From Candidatus Sericytochromatia bacterium (GTDB lineage: Bacteria; Cyanobacteriota; Sericytochromatia; S15B-MN24; JAQBPE01), in contig JAYKHR010000045.1 of the NCBI GenBank assembly GCA_035285125.1, forward strand, positions 1 through 64,000: a stretch of 64,000 nt of DNA. The letters run 5' to 3'. The first letter of the stretch is position 1; the number at the start of each line of letters is the position of its first letter. Positions 9,666 to 18,910 of the stretch are shown here, one piece after another. The notes under the pieces were generated by a model. It worked only from the letters and a program-made list of their open reading frames with translations. It did not search any database and was not told the origin of the DNA. The position numbers and the translations under genes were made by a program.

Positions 9666-10281
9666 TCTTGAGCACGATCCCGTGCAACCGGCCGGCCACG
9701 TCTTCAGTCATGTCGATGGCGGCCTCGATGGTGTCGTAGACCTCCTTCCACTTGATGACGTCGAGGACGTCCCTCGGCTGGTCGAACAGCGAGCTGAGGG
9801 CAAGCCGGTTCAGCTTGTCCGCCTCGTTTTCCAGGCGGTTGATCTCGACCACGTGCGGCAGGATCTCGCGGTGGCGCCGAGGGGTCCGCAGCAGCGGAAC
9901 AGCCTGGTCGATCTGCTCGCAGCAGCGCTCCAGCAGGCGCACGAGTGTGATCAGGAGGTCGGTGGGCTTTTCGATGCGGTAAAGCAACAGCCTGTCAGCC
10001 ACCAGCTCGGTCGAGTCGACGATGTTGTCGAGATCGATGGTGAGCGTGTGGATGTCTTCCCGATCGAGCGGCGTCACGAAGGTCTTGTTGAGCTTTTCGA
10101 GGATCTGGTGCGTGACCTTGTCTCCGACATGCTCGGCATCCGTGAGCTTTTGCAGCCGCCCCGGCACGTCGCGGTAATCCTCCGCGAGGTCGCGCAGCAG
10201 GCGTGAGCCGGCGAGCGCGTTGCGCGAGGAGGCCTCGAGCAGGTCGAAGAAGCTCTCCTCCCGCGGTATCAGGCGAAACAC
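9658..10281 (-). CDS. DUF47 / PhoU-like Pit accessory protein
   Basis: EHVGDKVTH...TFVTPLDREDI...LENEADK...IKWKEVY; overlaps the pit start. Confidence 0.9.
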   Translation of the reverse strand: MFRLIPREESFFDLLEASSRNALAGSRLLRDLAEDYRDVPGRLQKLTDAEHVGDKVTHQILEKLNKTFVTPLDREDIHTLTIDLDNIVDSTELVADRLLLYRIEKPTDLLITLVRLLERCCEQIDQAVPLLRTPRRHREILPHVVEINRLENEADKLNRLALSSLFDQPRDVLDVIKWKEVYDTIEAAIDMTEDVAGRLHGIVLKNA

Positions 10282-10349
10282 CGTTCAGCTCCAGTCTACG
10301 AAAAAGGGTGGTAAGGGCTGGGGCGTCGAGGGCCGGGCTCCCGGAGCCG

Positions 10350-11036
10350 TCAACCAAGGTTCGGGGGACCCGTCCGTCGCCGCGAGGCAAGGAACTGCCG
10401 GCCGTTTTGCACAATCTGGAGGGCGTTGGCCACCTCGCCTTCCAGGCGCTCCAGCACCTCGTCGGCGTAACCCTCGGCACCCTGGACGAGCTGGCGGGCC
10501 TCGCGCTCGGCGTCCAGCAGAATCTGCTGGGCCTTCGCCCGCGACTCCATCAGCTCGCCATGGGGCACGGCAGGGGGCGGGGCAGGTTCGACCGCAGGCA
10601 CACCCCATGGCGCCTGCACCGGGGCAGCTGCAGGCGGCGCATAGGCCTCCGCGTCGGCCCTGGTCACGGCACCGATGGCCGAGGCGGCGGGGCTCGGCGC
10701 AGGGTGGCCGTTGCCGTAGGTGGTCTTGATCGGGCGCAGGAAGCTAAGGGTTTCCCCGAGCATCTCGGCCGCTGGCGGCCGGGCATTCCTGGGCGCCGAG
10801 GCAGCCCGCTCGTAGGCCTGGAACTGGGCGACCAACGCCCCCCCGTCGAGCCCGAGCAGCTTGGCGTACTGCCGGATGTAGCCGTACGTGTGCACCATGG
10901 CGGGCAGCTTGTCGAGCCGCCCCTCCTCCAGGGCCTCGAGGTAGTGCAGCTTGATGTAGGTGCGCTGCGCCACCTCGTCGAGGGTCAACCCCTTTCCGAG
11001 GCGGGTCTCCCTGAGAAGTTGACAGACGTCAGTCAT
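10350..11036 (-). CDS. RodZ-type HTH fused to a DivIVA/Cdv3-like coiled coil, no TM helix
   Basis: LRETRLGKGLTLDEVAQRTYIKLHYLEALEEG...GYIRQYAKLLGLD, Pro/Ala linker, then AQQILLDAEREA...AEGYADEVLERLE...IVQNGRQFL. Start inferred. Confidence 0.75.
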   Translation of the reverse strand: MTDVCQLLRETRLGKGLTLDEVAQRTYIKLHYLEALEEGRLDKLPAMVHTYGYIRQYAKLLGLDGGALVAQFQAYERAASAPRNARPPAAEMLGETLSFLRPIKTTYGNGHPAPSPAASAIGAVTRADAEAYAPPAAAPVQAPWGVPAVEPAPPPAVPHGELMESRAKAQQILLDAEREARQLVQGAEGYADEVLERLEGEVANALQIVQNGRQFLASRRRTGPPNLG

Positions 11037-11239
11037 CGCAGCCGGCTCCCCTGGTTCCACGCACGTGCGCATCGCGCCATCTCTCACAAGCAATCGAACA
11101 GCAGCCGAAATTCTACCACGGCCCCCGAGGAGCCGCCGCGTGTCAGGGTGAAGTTTTTTGATTGCGGCGCCCTCGACACCCTTGCTAAGATGGCGAGGGC
11201 ACGGCCTCGAAGGCCGCTCTCCCACCGAGGTGGCCCCCC

Positions 11240-12982
11240 TTGCTTGCTGCCCTCTCGATTCGGAACTTCGTCCTGATCGACGCGCTGGAGCTCCGCTTCG
11301 AGCCGGGCTTCTGCTTGCTGACGGGCGAGACGGGCGCGGGCAAGTCCATCTTGATCGACGCCCTGTCGGCAGCGCTCGGGGGGAGGGTGAACCTCGAAGA
11401 CATCCGGCACGGCGAGCAACGGGCGTTCGTCGAAGCCACGTTCAACCGGCCAGGCGCGCTGGGGTGGCCCGAAGGCCTGACCAACCTCCTGGACGAGGAG
11501 GGCATCGTGCCGGCGGTGGAAGGCGAGCTGACGCTCAGCAGGGAGCTCACGGCCCGCGGTTCGCGGTGCCGCCTCGACGGCCACCAGGTCACCCAGGCCC
11601 AGCTCCGCCGAGCCGGCAGGTGCCTGGCCGACATCGTCTCGCAGCACGAGCACCAGCGGCTGCTGGACCCCGAGTACCAGCTGGAGCTGCTCGACCGCCA
11701 CGGCCGGCATGGCCCGTTGCGCGAGGCAGTGGCCCGGACGCACGCCGGGCTGCAGGGCGTGCGGATGGCGCTCAGACAGCACCGCGAGGAGGCCCGGGAA
11801 CGGGCGCGGCAGGAGGACTACTGGCGGTTCCAACTCGCAGAACTGGAGGCCGCAGGGCTCGAGGCCCCCGCCGAGATGGAGCACCTCGAGGCGGAGCGCC
11901 TGCGGCTGGTCCATGCCCAGCGCCTTCGACAGGCCTGCCAGGACGCCTACCAGAGCCTCTACGCAGGCGAGAACGGCCCCAGCGCCTACGACATCCTTGC
12001 ACGTTGCCTGCAACCACTGACCAGCCTGGGCGAGGTCGACGCGGTGCTCGGTGAAGCCGGCCGCGAGCTGGCCGGCCTGCAGGCCGCCTTGCGGGACGTC
12101 GCGGCAGACCTCCGGCGCCACCTGGACCGGCTGGAGGCGGACCCGGCCCGCCTCGCCGAGGTCGAGCAGCGCGTCGCCCAGCTGCTCGACGTGGCGCGCA
12201 AGTACGGGCCCGGCCTCGAGCAGGCGATCGCCCGCCGCGAGGAGCTGTCCAGGCAGCTCGCGGCCGTGGCCGCCGACGACGAGCGCCTGACGGGCTTGGA
12301 GGCGGAGCGCCTGCAAGCCGAAGGGGCGCTGGCTGCGGCGTGTGAGCAGCTCACGCAGGCGCGGCGTGCCGCCGCCGGCGAGCTGGAGCGGGCCGTGGAA
12401 CGAGAGCTCGAGCACCTCGAGATGGGGCGGGCCCGGTTCGCCGTGACGCTCTGCCCTCACCAAACCGCCCCGCGCCAGCGGGCGAGCGGCCAGGAGGAGG
12501 TGGTGTTCGAGGTGGCCCTCAACCCGGGTGAGCCTCCGCGGGCGCTCGCCCGCACCGCGTCCGGGGGTGAGATGGCGCGGGTCATGCTCGCGCTCACGTC
12601 CGTGCTGGCCGGCCTCGACGCGGTGGGCACGCTGGTGTTCGACGAGGTGGACACGGGCATCAGCGGCCGGGCCGCGCAGGCCGTGGCCGAGAAGCTGGCC
12701 ACCCTGGCGCGGACCCACCAGGTGCTATGCATCACCCACCTCCCGGCCGTTGCGGCGATGGCCGACCAGCACACGCACCTGGAGAAGGGGGTGGACGTGG
12801 ACAGGACGCGTGTCCGGGCCACGGTGCTGGCAGGAGCGGCGAGGGTTCGGGAGCTGGCAAAGCTGTCGAGCGGGGATCCGGGGCCAGCCGCGCTGCGTCA
12901 CGCCGAGGCGCTGCTGGCGCAGGCAATGACCCACAAGGGGGGCCCCTCGGGCGGCCCACGAAGGAGCCGACGCGGCTCCTGA
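11240..12982 (+). CDS. recN: DNA repair protein RecN
   Basis: LSIRNFVLID, Walker A TGETGAGKS, coiled coils, ASGGEMAR, FDEVDTGISG, ITHLP. TTG start after GAGGTGG. Confidence 0.95.
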   Translation: MLAALSIRNFVLIDALELRFEPGFCLLTGETGAGKSILIDALSAALGGRVNLEDIRHGEQRAFVEATFNRPGALGWPEGLTNLLDEEGIVPAVEGELTLSRELTARGSRCRLDGHQVTQAQLRRAGRCLADIVSQHEHQRLLDPEYQLELLDRHGRHGPLREAVARTHAGLQGVRMALRQHREEARERARQEDYWRFQLAELEAAGLEAPAEMEHLEAERLRLVHAQRLRQACQDAYQSLYAGENGPSAYDILARCLQPLTSLGEVDAVLGEAGRELAGLQAALRDVAADLRRHLDRLEADPARLAEVEQRVAQLLDVARKYGPGLEQAIARREELSRQLAAVAADDERLTGLEAERLQAEGALAAACEQLTQARRAAAGELERAVERELEHLEMGRARFAVTLCPHQTAPRQRASGQEEVVFEVALNPGEPPRALARTASGGEMARVMLALTSVLAGLDAVGTLVFDEVDTGISGRAAQAVAEKLATLARTHQVLCITHLPAVAAMADQHTHLEKGVDVDRTRVRATVLAGAARVRELAKLSSGDPGPAALRHAEALLAQAMTHKGGPSGGPRRSRRGS

Positions 12983-13000
12983 AAACCAGGAGGGCTGAAC

Positions 13001-13507
13001 GTGGAAGCCAGGGTTCGCATCCGGGAGGGCGAGCGCGAGGTGGAGCTCGAGGGCAGCGAGGCATTCGTGGCCGAGCTGCTGGAGCGCCACCTGGCCGGAT
13101 GGCTCGTGTCAGCCCCAGGCCTGGCCATGCCACGGGTGTCCGCGACCCTCGCCCCGGAGGTGGCAGACGAGCAGGCCGAGCCCACCGACCCGTTTCCGCG
13201 CGTCAGCCCGACCTTCACGCCCAAGGTGAACGTCTCGCTGGCCGAGTTCACGCGGATGAAGCAAGCCGTCTCGCCAGCGGACCTCGTGGTGGTGACAGCC
13301 TACTACCTCGAGAAGTACCGCCGCCTGGAGTCCTTCACGACCGCCGACATCCAGGCTGCGCTGGCCGAGCTGCCGGCCTGGTCGTGCCGCGAGGCAGGCG
13401 AGGAGCTGGAGTTGCCGATGACGCTCGGGCACATCGAACAGTTGCGGGACGGCCGGCTGAGCCTCACCTTCAAGGGCCAGAACTACGTCCGAGACGGCCT
13501 CACCTGA
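13001..13507 (+). CDS. Hypothetical protein with a probable C-terminal winged helix
   Basis: AGGAGG RBS and GTG start; C-terminal AYYLEKY...FTTADI...LSLTFKGQNYV resembles a wHTH. Confidence 0.65.
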   Translation: MEARVRIREGEREVELEGSEAFVAELLERHLAGWLVSAPGLAMPRVSATLAPEVADEQAEPTDPFPRVSPTFTPKVNVSLAEFTRMKQAVSPADLVVVTAYYLEKYRRLESFTTADIQAALAELPAWSCREAGEELELPMTLGHIEQLRDGRLSLTFKGQNYVRDGLT

Positions 13508-13581
13508 CGCCATCGTCGCCTTGTCAGCCCTGACCACGTTATGTTAAACATGGGTCCTCCCACATCCCTGTGGAGGGCCTG

Positions 13582-14637
13582 ATGACCGCTTCCTTGCCGC
13601 GAACCCTGCCCAGCCTCTGTGGCCGCCTGCGCCAGGAGGCATTCGAGGCCGAGTGCCTGCACCCCTTGGCGGCGCGCGCTGCCCTCTCGCGCGGCCGCGA
13701 CCAGGCGGAGCAGCCGTGTGAGCTGCGGACGGCTTTCCAGCGGGATCGCGACCGCATCCTCCACGCCAAGGCCTTCCGACGCCTGAAGCACAAGACCCAG
13801 GTCTTCATCGCACCTGAGGGAGACCACTACCGCACCCGCCTGACCCACACGCTGGAGGTCGCCCAGATCTCCCGCACCGTCGCCCGGGCACTGGGGCTCA
13901 ACGAGGACCTCACGGAGGCAATCGGGCTCGGCCACGACCTCGGCCATGCGCCCTTCGGCCACGCCGGCGAGCGCGTGCTCGACGAGTTGCACCAGCCTGA
14001 CGGGTTCCGCCACAACGAGCAGAGCGTCCGGGTGGTGGAGCACCTCGAGCCGATGAACCTCACGTGGGAGGTCCGCGACGGCATCTTGCACCACACGGGG
14101 CCCGGGCGGGCAGCCACCCTGGAGGGCCAGATCGTGAAGATCTGCGACCGCGTGGCCTACCTCAACCACGACCTCGATGACGCCATCCGCGCGGGCATCA
14201 TGGCCGAGCAAGACCTGCCGGCCTGGGTGAACCCGACCTTCGGCGCCTCGCGCGGCACGCGCATCACCACGATGGTGCAAGACCTCGTGGCCGCGAGCGA
14301 CCTGGAAGGCGGCGAGATTCGCATGAGCGAGGCGCTTCACGACCCTTTTCTGGAGCTCCGCGCCTTCATGTTCAAGCGGGTGTACACCGGCAGCCGCGCG
14401 AAGCGGGAGGAGGGCAAGGCGATGGGCATCGTGGAGCGCCTCTACCGGCACCTGGTGACGGACGTGGAGGCGCTGACACGTGGGCTCGGCCGCGCAGTGA
14501 CCCCGGCCGAAGCCCCCCGGGCCGCCGCCGACTTCATCGCCGGGATGACAGACCGCTACGCCATCGCCACGTTCGAGCGGCTGTTCCTGCCCGCCCCGTG
14601 GCGGCTGGCGGATGAATCTGCCACTATGGGCGCGTGA
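13582..14637 (+). CDS. dgt: Deoxyguanosinetriphosphate triphosphohydrolase-like HD protein
   Basis: RTAFQRDRDRI, FRRLKHKTQV, RTRLTHTLEV, HDLGHAPFGHAGE, DFIAGMTDRYA. Confidence 0.93.
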   Translation: MTASLPRTLPSLCGRLRQEAFEAECLHPLAARAALSRGRDQAEQPCELRTAFQRDRDRILHAKAFRRLKHKTQVFIAPEGDHYRTRLTHTLEVAQISRTVARALGLNEDLTEAIGLGHDLGHAPFGHAGERVLDELHQPDGFRHNEQSVRVVEHLEPMNLTWEVRDGILHHTGPGRAATLEGQIVKICDRVAYLNHDLDDAIRAGIMAEQDLPAWVNPTFGASRGTRITTMVQDLVAASDLEGGEIRMSEALHDPFLELRAFMFKRVYTGSRAKREEGKAMGIVERLYRHLVTDVEALTRGLGRAVTPAEAPRAAADFIAGMTDRYAIATFERLFLPAPWRLADESATMGA

Positions 14638-16445
14638 GTCTCATCCCCGAAGACCCGATCGCCGAGGTCCGGGCACGCGCCGACATCGTCGAGGTCGTGT
14701 CAGACACCGTCGTGCTGAAGCGCAGCGGCCGCAACTACACGGGTCTCTGCCCCTTTCACAACGAGCGCTCACCGAGCTTCAACGTCAACCCCGAGCGCCA
14801 GATCTTCCGCTGCTTCGGGTGTGGCGAGGGCGGTGACGTCTTCACCTTCGTGATGAAGGCGCAGCACCAGACCTTCCCCGAGGCCCTCAAGACGCTGGCG
14901 GACCGCTACGGCGTTCAGCTTCCGGAGCGCCAGCCCGACGCTGACGAGCGCACGCGCATCCGCCAGGCCAACGAGCTTGCGGCAGACTACTTCATCTGGA
15001 TGCTCGAGCACGAGCGCCTCGGCGCCGAGGCGCGAGACTACCTTGCCGGACGTGGCATCGACGACACGCTGCGCAAGCGGTTCCGGCTCGGGCTCTCTCC
15101 CCAAGGCTGGGACGGGCTGCACCGCCACATGCTGGAACGCGGCGTGCCCGCGGACGTTCAGGAGGCCGCCGCCCTGGCGCGCCCGCGCGCGAGCGGCCAG
15201 GGCCACTACGACTACTTCCGCAACCGGGTCATGTTTCCCATCACCAACGAGGCGGGCCACATCGTGGGCTTCGGCGCCCGGGCCCTCGCCGCCGGGGACG
15301 AGCCGAAGTACCTGAACAGCCCGGAGACGCTCGTGTACCGCAAGGGGAACGTGCTCTACGGCCTCGGAGAGGCGCGGGCCGCCATCAAGGCCCGGGACCG
15401 GGCCCTGCTGATGGAGGGCTACATGGACGTCATCACGGCCCATGCCCATGGCTTCGAGGAGGCCGTGGGCGTGCTGGGGACGGCCCTGACACCGAACCAG
15501 GCCAAGGCGCTGCTTCGCTACACGCCCTCGCGGCGGGTGGTGCTGGCCTTCGACGCCGACCGCGCGGGCCTGCAAGCCGCCGAGCGCGGCGTGGCGACCC
15601 TCTCCGAGGTGACGCAGGGCGTCGGGCTCGACCTGCGCGTGCTGGCCGTGCCCTCGGGCAAGGATCCCGACGCCTACCTGCGCGCCGAGGGAGCGGCGGC
15701 CTTCGAGGCCCGGCTGGCCGAGGCCCCCGTGCTCTTCGAGTTCTTGCTGATGCGCGCCATTCAGGCCCACGACACGAGCCGTCCCGAGGGGCGCTCAGCG
15801 GCGGTCGCAGACGCCTTGCCCGTGCTGCGCCGCATCGAGAGCTACGTGACCCAGGACCACTACGTCTCCTGGCTGGCCGGCAGGCTCGGCGTGAGGCCCG
15901 AGGCCATCCGCCTGGAACTCGGGCGGGGCCAGCGCCCGGCAGCCGCGCCCGCCCGCGGCCCGGGGCCCCGCCAGGCCAAGAAGCTGTCCACCCACGAGGC
16001 CGAGCGGATCCTGCTGTTCATGGCCGTGGAGCGACCGGCCTGGCGAGAGACCATCCGCAGCCGGACCGAGGCCATCCCCTTCTCGGCGGCACACGAGCCC
16101 GTGCGGCAGGCCATCGCCCACCTCGCGGCAGCGCCTGGCCCCCTCGGCTGGCCCCAGCTGCTCGACGCCTTCAAGGGCGACGCAGAGGTGCAGCAGACGC
16201 TCTCGGCGCTCTCGTTCACGGACGGAGCCGCCTGGGGCGACCAGGAAGAGCAGGTGGTCGAGGACTGCCTGTTGAGGCTGGAAATGGAGTTCTGGCAGGG
16301 CCACAAGCAAGCCCTGATGGAGCAGATCAAACACGACGGCGACCCGACGGGAGAGGCGACACAGCGCCTGCAGGCAATCATCCAACACCTGCGAACCCTC
16401 GACCAGCGGTGGCGAAAACTGGCCGTATCAGGCGCTCCCGGATAG
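14634..16445 (+). CDS. dnaG: DNA primase
   Basis: CHC2 zinc finger CPFHNE...CFGC, PKYLNSPET, TOPRIM EGYMD, FDADRAG, KDPD. Confidence 0.96.
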   Translation: MSLIPEDPIAEVRARADIVEVVSDTVVLKRSGRNYTGLCPFHNERSPSFNVNPERQIFRCFGCGEGGDVFTFVMKAQHQTFPEALKTLADRYGVQLPERQPDADERTRIRQANELAADYFIWMLEHERLGAEARDYLAGRGIDDTLRKRFRLGLSPQGWDGLHRHMLERGVPADVQEAAALARPRASGQGHYDYFRNRVMFPITNEAGHIVGFGARALAAGDEPKYLNSPETLVYRKGNVLYGLGEARAAIKARDRALLMEGYMDVITAHAHGFEEAVGVLGTALTPNQAKALLRYTPSRRVVLAFDADRAGLQAAERGVATLSEVTQGVGLDLRVLAVPSGKDPDAYLRAEGAAAFEARLAEAPVLFEFLLMRAIQAHDTSRPEGRSAAVADALPVLRRIESYVTQDHYVSWLAGRLGVRPEAIRLELGRGQRPAAAPARGPGPRQAKKLSTHEAERILLFMAVERPAWRETIRSRTEAIPFSAAHEPVRQAIAHLAAAPGPLGWPQLLDAFKGDAEVQQTLSALSFTDGAAWGDQEEQVVEDCLLRLEMEFWQGHKQALMEQIKHDGDPTGEATQRLQAIIQHLRTLDQRWRKLAVSGAPG

Positions 16446-16511
16446 GATGGAAAGCCGCCCTCGGTGGGAACATAAGTGTTCGGAGCCTGGGCTGGAAAGG
16501 AACACCCCAAC

Positions 16512-17555
16512 GTGGCTGATAACACCGACACCCTGAAGCGCAAGGACGCTGAGGACGAACTCCTCGAGGCGCTTGGCGACGGGGAATTCGGCCCGCTCGA
16601 GGGTGACATCTTCGAAAGTGCCGTCGCCACGCTCGATGAGGCCGACGCGCCGGCGGAGGCGGATCTCCAGGGGATGCAGGACGAGGTCGAGATAGACCTG
16701 TCGGTGCCCAAGGGCATCTCGACGGACGACCCCGTGCGGATGTACCTGCGGGAAATCGGCTCGATTCAGCTGTTGACGAGCCCCCAGGAGGTCGCCCTGG
16801 CGAAGGCGATCGTCGCGGGCGGCAAACAGGGCGACATGGCCAAGCGCAAGCTCGCCGAGGCCAACCTGCGGCTGGTCGTCTCCATCGCCAAGAAGTACGT
16901 GGGGCGGGGGATGCTCTTCCTCGACCTCATCCAGGAGGGCAACCTTGGCCTCATCCGGGCGGTCGAGAAGTTCGACCACCAGAGGGGCTTCAAGTTCTCG
17001 ACGTATGCGACGTGGTGGATCCGTCAGGCCATCACGCGGGCAATCGCCGACCAGGCCCGCACGATTCGCATTCCGGTGCATATGGTCGAGACCATCAACC
17101 GACTGCGCAAGCTGAAGCGCAAGCTTCAGCAGGACCTCGGGCGTCAGCCCACCGAGGAGGAGCTGGCCCGCGACATGGAGGTCACGGTCGACCGCCTGCG
17201 TGAAATCGTGAAGGTCGCCCAGGAGCCCGTGTCGCTGGAGACCCCCGTCGGCAAGGAGGAAGAGTCCCGCCTCGGCGATTTCATCGAGGACCGGGACACC
17301 GAGGCGCCCGTGCAGTCCGTGACCCAGGAGCTCCTGCGGGAGGACATCACGGACGTGCTGAACACGCTCTCGAGCCGCGAGCGCGACGTGCTCAAGATGC
17401 GGTTCGGGCTGGAGGACGGCCGCCAGCGGACGCTCGAGGAGGTGGGCCAACAGTTCGGCGTCACCCGCGAGCGCATCCGGCAGATCGAGGCCAAGGCCCT
17501 GCGCAAGCTGCGGCACCCCAACCGGAACAAGCGGCTTCGGGAGTACATCGACTGA
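16512..17555 (+). CDS. rpoD: Primary sigma factor RpoD/SigA
   Basis: [71 protein letters not shown]; follows dnaG. Confidence 0.96.
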   Translation: MADNTDTLKRKDAEDELLEALGDGEFGPLEGDIFESAVATLDEADAPAEADLQGMQDEVEIDLSVPKGISTDDPVRMYLREIGSIQLLTSPQEVALAKAIVAGGKQGDMAKRKLAEANLRLVVSIAKKYVGRGMLFLDLIQEGNLGLIRAVEKFDHQRGFKFSTYATWWIRQAITRAIADQARTIRIPVHMVETINRLRKLKRKLQQDLGRQPTEEELARDMEVTVDRLREIVKVAQEPVSLETPVGKEEESRLGDFIEDRDTEAPVQSVTQELLREDITDVLNTLSSRERDVLKMRFGLEDGRQRTLEEVGQQFGVTRERIRQIEAKALRKLRHPNRNKRLREYID

Positions 17556-17579
17556 CGCCGCCCCGGACCAGGCGCGCGT

Positions 17580-17608
17580 TTGACCCCCTCCCGAGCGGCT
17601 GCTAGACT
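17580..17608 (+). promoter_or_regulatory. sigma70 promoter for the tRNA gene
   Basis: TTGACC, 17 nt, TAGACT, then a GC-rich discriminator ending 9 nt later at the tRNA. Confidence 0.75.
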
Positions 17609-17617
17609 GGGCCTCCC

Positions 17618-17690
17618 GGAAGCTTAGCTCAGCGGTTAGAGCAGGCCACTCATAATGGCTGGGTCGTGGGTTCGAACCCCACAGCTTCCA
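17618..17690 (+). tRNA. tRNA with CAT anticodon, probably tRNA-Ile2 (lysidine type); CCA not encoded
   Basis: Acceptor GGAAGCT/AGCTTCC, D arm GCTCAGCGGTTAGAGC, anticodon arm GGCCA-CTCATAA-TGGCT, T loop GGTTCGAAC, discriminator A then CTA. G1-C72 is paired, so not an initiator. Resembles E. coli ileX, which also lies downstream of rpoD. Confidence 0.92.
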
Positions 17691-17752
17691 CTACTGGGCC
17701 TTACCTCCGCCAGGTGCTTGTGGGTCGCGCCACCGTGAGGCACGCTGAGCCC

Positions 17753-18397
17753 ATGCGGTTCAGCACGCGAGAAGCAGCCGGAGAGCAACTGGCCGAGGCC
17801 CTGAAGGGGCGCGTCGGGCCAGAGGCGGTGGTGGTGGGGCTGCCCCGTGGCGGCTTGCCCGTCGCGGCCAGCGTGGCGCGCCACCTCGGCGCGTCGCTGG
17901 ACCTGCGGGTGGTGCGCAAGATCGGGCTGCCGTGGCAGCCGGAACTCGCCCTGGGGGCGGTGGCTGCCACGGGTGAAACGACCTGGAACGAGACGCTGGA
18001 GGGCACCGTCGCACCGGCGAGCCGCGAGGCGCTGCGGCAGCAGGCCTGGCGTGAGGCCAGGGACCGGGAGGCCTTCCTGCGAGGCCTGCTGCCGGCGCTT
18101 TCCCTTGCCGGGCAGGCCGTCGTCGTCGTGGATGACGGGGTGGCCACCGGGATGACCGTGTTGGCGGCGCTGATGGCCATCCGTCGGGAGCGCCCGGCCC
18201 ACCTGACGGTGGCGGCGCCCGTGATGGCGCCCGGCGTGGCGGAGGTGCTGCTCGGCCAGGCGAACGAGGTCGTGGCCCTTGCCGTGCCGGAGACCTTCAC
18301 GGCGGTGGGGGCACACTACGACGCCTTCCCGCAGCTCACGGAGGCGGACGTCCGGGCGGTGCTGGCCCCCTGGCGCCAGGCCAGGCAGGCCGGCTGA
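17753..18397 (+). CDS. Phosphoribosyltransferase-family protein
   Basis: GLPRGG, VRKIGLP..PELALGAV, PRPP loop VVVDDGVATG. Confidence 0.9.
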   Translation: MRFSTREAAGEQLAEALKGRVGPEAVVVGLPRGGLPVAASVARHLGASLDLRVVRKIGLPWQPELALGAVAATGETTWNETLEGTVAPASREALRQQAWREARDREAFLRGLLPALSLAGQAVVVVDDGVATGMTVLAALMAIRRERPAHLTVAAPVMAPGVAEVLLGQANEVVALAVPETFTAVGAHYDAFPQLTEADVRAVLAPWRQARQAG

Positions 18398-18398
18398 G

Positions 18399-18421
18399 GG
18401 CCCCCTCAAAGCGAGGGGGCC
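18399..18421. terminator. GC-rich hairpin between convergent genes
   Basis: GGCCCCCTC-AAAGC-GAGGGGGCC, 9-bp stem right after the PRT stop; no U-tract. Confidence 0.45.
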
Positions 18422-18465
18422 AGACGCCTCAGGCGCCTGGCCCCTGCTCTCACGCGACGCGCGGG

Positions 18466-18861
18466 CTACTCCTCTTCACCGCCCTCTTCGGCGGTCTCGG
18501 GCCCCGTCTCCCCCTCCACCGCGGCCTTGGCTCGCGCCCCAGCGCGCCCACGGCGAGCCGGCAGGACGCTCGTGAGGCTGATCGGCTGCGGCTTGGGGGG
18601 GTTCAAGAGGCGTTGCACCTGGTCGAGCAGCGTCTGCTTTTGCTTGTCGAGGGCGGCAGCACCGCCGTCACGCAGCGCCTGGATCTCGAAGCTGGCGAAG
18701 TAGGAGGTCTGGAGCGCCTTGCCCTCACGGATGATGCTCAGCGAGCCGCGCTCAGCCCCGGAGTAGTGGTACTCGACGGTGGCATCGACGTCTCGCAGCG
18801 ACGCGTCCAGCGCCTCCTTGAGCGTCTTGAGCACGTCCGTGCTCGTGGCCTCGCGTGCCAT
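18466..18861 (-). CDS. Hypothetical protein
   Basis: AAGGAGG RBS and ATG, typical codon usage, acidic tail; no family recognised. Confidence 0.7.
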   Translation of the reverse strand: MAREATSTDVLKTLKEALDASLRDVDATVEYHYSGAERGSLSIIREGKALQTSYFASFEIQALRDGGAAALDKQKQTLLDQVQRLLNPPKPQPISLTSVLPARRGRAGARAKAAVEGETGPETAEEGGEEE

Positions 18862-18910
18862 GGAATCCTCCTTGCGTGGACCGGCCCGCCTGCGGCGTGC
18901 CAGTGGGGTG

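Noticed and set aside
13522..13549. TTATGTTAAA resembling the XerD arm of a dif site
   Set aside because: The XerC arm and spacer do not match. The position fits the promoter of dgt-dnaG-rpoD (TTGTCA upstream).
17660..18400. tRNA 3' end as an integration site
   Set aside because: No duplicated tRNA 3' end, integrase or compositional shift was seen downstream.
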